Of a stretch of DNA of 64,000 bases, positions 56,905 through 64,000 are shown one piece after another (position 1 is the stretch's first letter; each line of letters starts with the position of its first letter). The position numbers and the translations under genes were made by a program. A model generated the notes under the pieces. It worked only from the letters and a program-made list of their open reading frames with translations. It ran no database searches and was not told where the DNA came from. The DNA lies in the IMG/VR virus record IMGVR_UViG_3300023192_002962, positions 21,738-85,737 of that record; one strand, written 5' to 3'. Origin of the DNA: a virus.

Positions 56905-58421
56905 TGTATCACAATTCTAATACTAGTAATGTTGTAACTCCTGTAAATGGTGATCCTAAAGATTCACTTCAAGAAATAATTTTTATTTTGCCAAATGGCT
57001 CTATATGGACAGGTCCTGTACATAAGATGAATAAGAATGAGTGGATGACTGGCTCCTTTCATACTAATGTTTCTGTACCTTTGTTTGCTTATCAAACTAC
57101 GCTAGATTTTCCAAAACAGGGTTCAGTCGCAACAAGCACTCCGTTAAACAAAGTTTTGGAAACCCTCGGTATACGAACAGAAGTAACAGAGAGTAACTTG
57201 CTAAGAATTGGTAACGTTATTACAACAGCTAGGTTATTATTAGAACAAGAAAATCAAGTTGTACATATTCTAGCTGATAAATTAGAACAATTTATATCAA
57301 AGAGCATTATACAAGAAGAAACAAATGGAAGTGGAAGTTTAACTGATAGTTTTTCTACGCCTTTTCAATTAGAATCCGATTCTCCTCAAAATTTAACCGA
57401 ACAGATTAAATCTATTGAATATATTCCAAATAATGATGAGGATCACTTAGTATATTTTGGCAATGCAGAAACACTAGGGTTATCTGAAACATGGACTAGT
57501 TTAAAGACCAATTCGATTGCTGTTGATATGGTTTCTAGACGAAATCTATCCATAGAAACAATAGCTCAAACAAGCAGTGGCAATGGTGTGGATATTCCTT
57601 CCGAGGAGTTTAGAACTGTGCCTGATGGAGTCCAAAAAGGATTCAACGGACACTTAAAAATTTCAATGAATGGTTCCCCTTTTGTCAATAAAATTAAATT
57701 AAATACTCAGAGTGATGTTACCATAAGAAATATAAGATTTAATAGTGTAGAGTCCGACGATGAATTATCAGGTTCAGCATTTTCTGGAGAACTTAGTTTA
57801 GTTCCAACTGCCGCTGATATTATATATATGGATATAGATTTTGTTTCTCCAGTACCTTTTACAACTTATGGAATATACGATCAAGAGGAGAATGCAGTAA
57901 CAGATTTAATTTTTATGCCAAATTCAGACTACAATATGGAGTTCTCTCCATCAGGATTAAATGCTATTTATGAAAGGTCAAGATTAATATTGGACCCAAT
58001 ATATTTATTATCAGAAACTTATAGGGATACAACTGAATATACTTTAGGAGACTATTACTGTAAAGGCGGGAGTTTAAAAAGTATTTATATGATTACCCAA
58101 GAAACTATTCCAGATGAATTTGAACCTGGAACGTTCATTAAATATTTTCTTATACTTAATGAAAAGGAATATCCTATCACTCCTCAAAATAAAATTGGGG
58201 ATAATCCTTCTACATATGTACTTAATAGTACTCTGGGTAGTGAAATAAAAAACACACTGGTTCAAAAGGGGGATATGGCTTTCATAGAGGGAGATAATAC
58301 AATAACATGGCAAATAAAGGTAATTTTAACCAGACCAAGTACTCAGACTAATATGACTCCCAGTTTATCTGCGATTAATTTTACATATACAACAACTAGT
58401 TATGATAATCTGGTAGAATAA
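56904..58421 (+). CDS. Distal tail structural protein
   Basis: 505 aa. C-terminal VILTRPSTQTNMTPSLSAINFTY motif is shared with its neighbours. Small N-terminal GPVHKM..MTG..HT module. Confidence 0.55.
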   Translation: MYHNSNTSNVVTPVNGDPKDSLQEIIFILPNGSIWTGPVHKMNKNEWMTGSFHTNVSVPLFAYQTTLDFPKQGSVATSTPLNKVLETLGIRTEVTESNLLRIGNVITTARLLLEQENQVVHILADKLEQFISKSIIQEETNGSGSLTDSFSTPFQLESDSPQNLTEQIKSIEYIPNNDEDHLVYFGNAETLGLSETWTSLKTNSIAVDMVSRRNLSIETIAQTSSGNGVDIPSEEFRTVPDGVQKGFNGHLKISMNGSPFVNKIKLNTQSDVTIRNIRFNSVESDDELSGSAFSGELSLVPTAADIIYMDIDFVSPVPFTTYGIYDQEENAVTDLIFMPNSDYNMEFSPSGLNAIYERSRLILDPIYLLSETYRDTTEYTLGDYYCKGGSLKSIYMITQETIPDEFEPGTFIKYFLILNEKEYPITPQNKIGDNPSTYVLNSTLGSEIKNTLVQKGDMAFIEGDNTITWQIKVILTRPSTQTNMTPSLSAINFTYTTTSYDNLVE

Positions 58422-61379
58422 ATGTATAGCTCTAGACAACTACAGATTATTGAAAATTTAACTAGAGAGTTCCTGTCAGACAAAGGCAGATTACCCACTA
58501 AACAAGAATTAGAAAAACATCTTAATAGAACTAAAGAGTATGCTCCTTTTGTTTCTCCAAAAGTACCTTTGAAGAATGCCCTTAGTAATGCTTCATATAT
58601 AACGAAAACTTTAAGAGACCTTTTGCTAGATAGTAATTCAATACAAGAATTAATCAAAAAATTAATAGGTAAAATTGAAAGAATATTAACAACTAGTAAA
58701 GCTGAATTAGAATCTATACAGAAAAGAGCAGCTAGATTACTAGAATTATATGAAAGTACTGATTTTAAAACTTCTATATATAATGATTTTCCGGGGGTAC
58801 CCGATGAAGAATCTTATAATGTTCATTATGATGCGTCCGGTATAAAAATATTACCATCTACTAGCGAAGAATTAACTTATACTCATGGTATAAATAGCTA
58901 TAGTGCTGATGGAACTAATGTAACTTTACAAATAATAAGTACTTCAAATCCATTAGCTGTTTTAGCAAATGGTGTATCTGAAGGGGCAAAAGGTATATCT
59001 ATTGCTGTTTCTCTTAGTAATGCTCCAGTATATGTATCATCCATTTATATACAATGTGCTCCTATTACTATAGAAATATTAGTAAATAATATTTCTATAG
59101 TTACAAAAGATGTTATTGGAAGTGAAACGTTTATAATAGGAGATGAAGTAACTTCTTTAGAAATTCGAGCATATGATACAACCCCACAAGTAATGGTAAC
59201 AATAGATACTTTTCAAATATTTAAATCTGTTTATGGAACAGACGAGGGTTTTGATACTGGAGTTTATATTTCTCCAAAACTAGATTTGGGAAAAGAGAAT
59301 GGAAGAACTATTTTTTCTCCAAGTGTTTATATACCAGCAAATGCAGGTATAGTGTGGTATTATTCAACAGATTATGGGGTTTCTGGACCAAGTGCAGATT
59401 GGACTATTGTTGAAAAAGATGAAAATGAAGTAATGCATTTGTGGTGGAATTCTTTGGGACAAACAGGATCAATAATTAACACTACAAGTACCTCAGGTAA
59501 TCTAGCAAATATAGCAAGCTTAGCTCAGTTAGCTTCGCCTGGAGCAAGTGGAGCAAGTGGAGCAAGTGGAGCAAGTGGAGCAAGTGTACCTTTTTCTATT
59601 TTAGAATATCAGGACTTAAAAGTACAAGCAGGACTTGGTAATATTATTTTTATAGCTGATGTGGATCTTAAATTGTATAGGTTTACTACACATATGGAGA
59701 TAGACGAGGCAGGGTATCTATTTGAATTTACTAACCCAACTACAGATGAAGGAAAACTTATTACAAATGTAAGTATAGTGTCTTCAACATTTACACATAA
59801 CGAAATAACAGGAAGTACTGATGTAGTATCAATTGAAGTTCCAGCAGGCAAACATAAGGTTAATATAGAACTACTTGAAGATGATAGATTTCTAGAAATG
59901 GTGAATAATGATGGTAATTTAGATTTTTCAAATATAGTAGATAAAATATCAAATAAATTTGGAGTTGAATTTAATCCTAGAAATATATTTAACAAAGATT
60001 ATTTAGGAAGAACTCCTACTGTAAGTATACAGCCTAATACATTAACCGACGTGGATTATACAACTATTCACTACATGAGACCTCTGGATAGATTTAATTC
60101 AATGTGTATTTTACCTTCTACAATAGTGCAGGTAGAAAATTGGTCAAGTTCCCCCGAATTATATTCTATTGTTCCCATTTCTGATGTATATACAAAGAAT
60201 GCCGAATATAGTGCCATAAAAGAAACTCACACATATGGAGGATCAGGCGGTAATTGGTATTATCTAAACGAGTTATACCATAGTCCAACCGGAGCTACAG
60301 GTATTGACGTCACTACATATGTTGGTTCTACTGGAGGTATTTGTTATGGATATGATAGTAATCCTATTCTTGATCCTACTACAGATCTATGTGCTAGTCA
60401 TGATTACGATTTTCTAATAGTGCCAGATACTACTGCCTCCCGTCAAGATGAATTCTATTACAGAGGACTAGACCCAGTAGCTGTATTTGAATTAGAATGG
60501 TCTGCTAAACCTGGAGCTACTGCTAGTATTGCAGCGTCTAGTTATAATACAACAGACTATTGGACCTGTAATTCATGTGTAACAGGAGCTACGTTTTTAC
60601 TAAGTAGAGAGCCTGATGAGGCTCCTACAGCAATAGAATCAGCTGGAATTACTTATGGAGTCACATATTCTGGTCCGACCGGACCTGGGGAAAATGGTGG
60701 AACAATACATTTAGCAGAAGCCCCTCTTTCTTCATCGATGACCTTTATCGTAGACTATGATGCTACTGCAAGTATTAGAGACCATGTTGCAGGTACGTCT
60801 CTTGTTATGGTACAAAATTTACCAGCATTTCCTGATGGAGCTACTGCCGTAGAGGGTCTAGAGTTAGGTATAAGTTTAACTGAATTTAGTGGAACTGAGG
60901 CTGCACCAGAAGATTTTACATTACATCATGATGTTTTTTCCGTTATATCTTTAGAATATTTGAGTGGGGAAGGGGTTACAGCTACTCTAACTGGCTGGAC
61001 TAGTGGAGCAGAAGGAGCCATAGGTGGAGCTTTATTGGCTATAAATGGTCAGACTATAACAGTTAATACTCAAAATTTAACACTAGATCAAACTCTATTC
61101 ATAACCTATGATACTATGGACTTATCACAAGGCTATCCTTTTGGTTTAAGTTACAATTATTTTAATCCAGTGTCTTATCATTTTTCGTATGATTACGTTG
61201 AAAAAGAGTATCTAACTGCTACTGAAATTTATGGTAGTACTGGAATGTTAGCGCATTTTTATGACATATCTTATTATATACCGGAAACGGATGATGATGG
61301 GATTTATTTAAAAGCAGTTATGCAGGGCACTGACTCAGAAACCCCTATAATAAGAAGGATTAGATTTAATAATGAATAG
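58422..61379 (+). CDS. Distal tail/fibre-type structural protein
   Basis: 985 aa with an N-terminal coiled-coil, beta domains, a (GAS)5 repeat and C-terminal LKAVMQGTDSETPIIRRIRF. Confidence 0.6.
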   Translation: MYSSRQLQIIENLTREFLSDKGRLPTKQELEKHLNRTKEYAPFVSPKVPLKNALSNASYITKTLRDLLLDSNSIQELIKKLIGKIERILTTSKAELESIQKRAARLLELYESTDFKTSIYNDFPGVPDEESYNVHYDASGIKILPSTSEELTYTHGINSYSADGTNVTLQIISTSNPLAVLANGVSEGAKGISIAVSLSNAPVYVSSIYIQCAPITIEILVNNISIVTKDVIGSETFIIGDEVTSLEIRAYDTTPQVMVTIDTFQIFKSVYGTDEGFDTGVYISPKLDLGKENGRTIFSPSVYIPANAGIVWYYSTDYGVSGPSADWTIVEKDENEVMHLWWNSLGQTGSIINTTSTSGNLANIASLAQLASPGASGASGASGASGASVPFSILEYQDLKVQAGLGNIIFIADVDLKLYRFTTHMEIDEAGYLFEFTNPTTDEGKLITNVSIVSSTFTHNEITGSTDVVSIEVPAGKHKVNIELLEDDRFLEMVNNDGNLDFSNIVDKISNKFGVEFNPRNIFNKDYLGRTPTVSIQPNTLTDVDYTTIHYMRPLDRFNSMCILPSTIVQVENWSSSPELYSIVPISDVYTKNAEYSAIKETHTYGGSGGNWYYLNELYHSPTGATGIDVTTYVGSTGGICYGYDSNPILDPTTDLCASHDYDFLIVPDTTASRQDEFYYRGLDPVAVFELEWSAKPGATASIAASSYNTTDYWTCNSCVTGATFLLSREPDEAPTAIESAGITYGVTYSGPTGPGENGGTIHLAEAPLSSSMTFIVDYDATASIRDHVAGTSLVMVQNLPAFPDGATAVEGLELGISLTEFSGTEAAPEDFTLHHDVFSVISLEYLSGEGVTATLTGWTSGAEGAIGGALLAINGQTITVNTQNLTLDQTLFITYDTMDLSQGYPFGLSYNYFNPVSYHFSYDYVEKEYLTATEIYGSTGMLAHFYDISYYIPETDDDGIYLKAVMQGTDSETPIIRRIRFNNE
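59541..59585 (+). repeat. Perfect tandem repeat (GGAGCAAGT)x5 encoding (Gly-Ala-Ser)5
   Basis: 45 nt read directly from the sequence, with five identical 9-nt units. Confidence 0.97.
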
Positions 61380-61650
61380 TAATAAGACAAGTAAAACTAC
61401 AATAAGAAGTGGGTATCCTCTTGAGAGCGATAAGATGAATCAGACTATAGAACATTTTCTTTATGATATAGCAGTTATCTTATCAACCCCGATGCCTGGA
61501 CTAATTAATAACGAGAGTATGGATTTGTATTTTGGTGCAACAGGTTATGTAAATGAATACGTAGAAAACCTAAATCAAAGTCAACTGGGTATCCAAAAGA
61601 TAGGAGACCTCATAGAAAAAGACCATACATCTAATTGGAGACAAGTCTAA
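61372..61650 (+). CDS. Small structural protein consisting mainly of the shared N-terminal helix motif
   Basis: 92 aa containing SGYPLESDKMNQTIEHFLYDIAVIL. Overlaps both neighbours. Confidence 0.55.
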   Translation: MNSNKTSKTTIRSGYPLESDKMNQTIEHFLYDIAVILSTPMPGLINNESMDLYFGATGYVNEYVENLNQSQLGIQKIGDLIEKDHTSNWRQV

Positions 61651-62774
61651 TGAGTTATGATCCATTTGACTATGGCGATCAACTAAACCCTGAAAAGCTA
61701 AATAATAAATTAGAGCAAATAAATAAATTATTGTCTCGTGCCTATGTACACAATAATGAACTACGTAAACGAGTTGAAACTTTAAATATAGCTTTTTCTT
61801 TAGCCAATGAGGATTTAGCAGGGGCTACTATAGGAACCTCTACAGGTTATACTGAAGCTTCAGTAGGAGCGAGTGGTCATGAGGTAATTATAGGAGGCAA
61901 GCATTTTTCTGCTGATTATACCAGTACTAGTGTCACTGTTATAGACACCAACAACACACAAGACGATAACTATAGTCTTATTCTTTCTAATACCGATACT
62001 GTAAGTAGAATACCACTTACTCTTAATTTATTCAATGAGTTAGAGCCAAGCTTAGGAACTATATTAACGTCTTCTTTAGATGATTTTGATCAAACTAAAC
62101 TCTGGACAATGTTAAGCCCATCTGCTGTTTGGGCAGATACTAGTGCTTCTGCAACGGGTACTATTTATATTGAAGTACCTGCTACTTTAACACCTTTACT
62201 AAATAGAATCACTATTAAACCTATCACAGGTACAGGATATAAACTACAGTATGAAGATTTTGGAGGAGTTTATCATTTTGTTGACCCAACCATGAGTAAT
62301 GGCTATCATACTGGAATGAATACTTATCATATAGATGGAAGTAAATTTTCCGGTGTACTAGAGGTTATATTAAATGGTACTAATATATCTTCGTCTTACC
62401 ATTATGGTCTCTCTACTATTAACATGGACTATAGAAAGTATGTAAGCACAGGGGATGCAACCATTGATCTTGCTCTAACTTCTAGTGTTGCTAAAAATTT
62501 AACATATGTAAATGCAAATTTTGAAGATAGTAATGATGTAGCTGCAGAGAATGCAATTATACGGATATCAGCAGGAGCAACGGGTGTAGCGTTTGACGAT
62601 AATATTATATATGACTCTACTTATCATCAATATCCATTACTAACATCATCGTATCCTCTAGAGGATCATTCAAATACTATAGTAAATACAGTTTATATAA
62701 AAGTTACGTTAAAGCAGAAGACAGAGAATACGCCTGCACTTAAAGATTTAACTATAAGATATGAGGAGGTATAA
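61650..62774 (+). CDS. Distal tail structural protein (~374 aa)
   Basis: ATG 61650 in a TAATG overlap with GGAG 9 nt upstream is preferred to the track's TTG at 61635. N-terminal GDQLNPEKLNNKLEQI and C-terminal IKVTLKQKTENTPALKDLTIRY. Confidence 0.6.
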   Translation: MSYDPFDYGDQLNPEKLNNKLEQINKLLSRAYVHNNELRKRVETLNIAFSLANEDLAGATIGTSTGYTEASVGASGHEVIIGGKHFSADYTSTSVTVIDTNNTQDDNYSLILSNTDTVSRIPLTLNLFNELEPSLGTILTSSLDDFDQTKLWTMLSPSAVWADTSASATGTIYIEVPATLTPLLNRITIKPITGTGYKLQYEDFGGVYHFVDPTMSNGYHTGMNTYHIDGSKFSGVLEVILNGTNISSSYHYGLSTINMDYRKYVSTGDATIDLALTSSVAKNLTYVNANFEDSNDVAAENAIIRISAGATGVAFDDNIIYDSTYHQYPLLTSSYPLEDHSNTIVNTVYIKVTLKQKTENTPALKDLTIRYEEV

Positions 62775-62778
62775 ATAA

Positions 62779-63186
62779 ATGGCAAATGGTCCAGATAATA
62801 ATGACCTATATCTGTTAGCTCTACTACTAAGAGAGGCATTAGAACAATCTTCTGCCATATCATCTGTTGATAGAGATTTAATAGCAGATGCTATCAATAT
62901 AATAAAGAACTTAGAAAGTAAATTAAATAATTTAGCAACTAAATCATACGTGGATCTAAAAATAGGCAACGTAGAAGATATGTTAGGGCCTTTGATAGCG
63001 CAAATAGCTTCTATAACTACAAAAGTATCTAAAATAATGCTACCCGATACTCCGAGGTACTATTTAGAACAAAATGAAATTGATTTTATTAAAAAAAGTA
63101 TGCCTCAAATTTCAAAAATGATGGTAGAATTAGAAAAGCTAAAAAATGATTTAATTATAAGTGCTTCACAGCAAAAGATAATCTAA
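62779..63186 (+). CDS. Helical/coiled-coil hypothetical protein
   Basis: 135 aa with heptad-like segments and an ATKSYVD motif. Strong GAGGAGG SD. Confidence 0.55.
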   Translation: MANGPDNNDLYLLALLLREALEQSSAISSVDRDLIADAINIIKNLESKLNNLATKSYVDLKIGNVEDMLGPLIAQIASITTKVSKIMLPDTPRYYLEQNEIDFIKKSMPQISKMMVELEKLKNDLIISASQQKII

Positions 63187-63193
63187 AATAATC

Positions 63194-64000
63194 ATGCAGG
63201 TTACGCTGAGAGGACATCATCGGGATACTTTCAAGCTTGCTCCCATAAATACACTAGAGGATGCTAGTACATTTATATACGGGGCAGTGGACGAAGATGG
63301 AACCCTTACACTAGAGCTAGAACTTATTGCTTGGAAGGTATGGATACGTCCAAGATTAAGTACTGTATTCAAGTTAGCCAGCGTAGATGTACCAGAAGTT
63401 CTTTACTATATACGAACTGCAAATCCCTTTATAGACTCACAAGGTGTAATTGACCTTGTACCTACAGCAGACCAAACTCTAATATCTATATTAGTGACAG
63501 ATGCGTTCAATACTTTTCCTCATGTTCGTTTATATGATACCCTAAGAATAACTTTAATTCAAGATAACTTATATTTTGGAGGCCCTTCAGGGCCAAGTGG
63601 GCCCCCTGATCTTAGTGTTTTTACGTTTGATGGAACTGAAACCTCTATACCTATTATACACAGTGGTTCGACTCAAGACTTTAATTATACCATTGATTTA
63701 TCAGGGCAATCATTTGAGTCTAATGGTACGTATGAATCTACTGAACTGTTAGATTATTATATAAGTTTAAGTCAAGTATCTGACAATCTGTTAGTTTTTC
63801 CGTCTGACCCCTTTACTATTGATAGCACAGATCCTACTATTACTCCAGGAAGTATTGCATTAACCAGTTCCTTTAGTACGGTTGCAACTAGCACTTCTAC
63901 TCCTAGTGTACTTTTAATCACTGCTGGTGGTGCCATGGCAGATACACTTTCCGGAATGGCAAAAGTAAAAGCACAACCTTTTATAGGAGGTAGTGCTAAT
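63194..64000 (+). CDS. Partial tail fibre/Ig-like structural protein (269 codons, runs off the window; not in the ORF track)
   Basis: Hand translation is open from ATG 63194 (MQVTLRGHHRDTFKLAPINTLED...) to the last base. IDSTDPTIT...ADTLSGMAKV resembles Ig-like repeat boundaries. Confidence 0.7.
   Translation, partial: MQVTLRGHHRDTFKLAPINTLEDASTFIYGAVDEDGTLTLELELIAWKVWIRPRLSTVFKLASVDVPEVLYYIRTANPFIDSQGVIDLVPTADQTLISILVTDAFNTFPHVRLYDTLRITLIQDNLYFGGPSGPSGPPDLSVFTFDGTETSIPIIHSGSTQDFNYTIDLSGQSFESNGTYESTELLDYYISLSQVSDNLLVFPSDPFTIDSTDPTITPGSIALTSSFSTVATSTSTPSVLLITAGGAMADTLSGMAKVKAQPFIGGSAN

Larger units (their letters stand above)
1..64000 (+). mobile_element. Segment of a large myovirus-type (contractile tail) phage genome: neck, tail and baseplate morphogenesis module
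   Basis: All credible genes are on the + strand, tightly packed and often coupled by TAATG overlaps. Sheath, tube, chaperone, tape-measure-like, hub, gp25-like and baseplate J-like genes occur in canonical order. No host housekeeping genes are present. Confidence 0.93.

Noticed and set aside
768-59995. All minus-strand ORFs in the track (60-128 aa)
   Set aside because: Each lies antisense to a long, motif-bearing + strand gene and shows no recognisable motifs. They are shadow ORFs.
1-64000. Stop-codon reassignment (code 4, 15 or 25)
   Set aside because: ORFs of 2.6-5.1 kaa are uninterrupted under code 11, and TAG is used as a real stop at gene junctions.
1-64000. tRNA, rRNA or structured ncRNA genes
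   Set aside because: Intergenic gaps are at most ~140 nt and contain only terminators and SD/promoter-like sequence; no cloverleaf or T-loop signature was seen.

Overview
The window is a gene-dense, AT-rich, entirely + strand virion morphogenesis module of a large (probably jumbo) contractile-tailed phage. Gene order: neck/head-completion genes, tail sheath, tail tube plus three tube-fold paralogues, two tail-assembly chaperones, two giant tape-measure/ejection-type proteins (2622 and 2939 aa), a 5143-aa baseplate-hub fusion, a putative spike, a four-gene accessory islet with a dicluster ferredoxin, gp25-like and baseplate J-like genes, then wedge and distal tail/fibre genes running off the right edge. 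No capsid, portal, terminase, tRNA or CRISPR array was seen. The most notable signal is the pair of ejection-type proteins. The 2939-aa protein carries, in the correct order, beta-like motifs (YLPF..ANLQKQ, GEDS, K..K, GIDLIV, EM.V...EA..G) and beta'-like motifs (RAP, GGDFDGD) of a two-barrel RNA polymerase on one chain, preceded by a DEDDh exonuclease. The 2622-aa protein carries an intein, a RecB/Cas4-like PD-(D/E)XK nuclease and an ADP-ribosyltransferase-like cassette bracketed by a duplicated DxGFGSPWxG motif. Together they suggest a virion-delivered transcription and host-takeover machine. All functional calls come from motif recognition by eye and gene order; no database searches were run.
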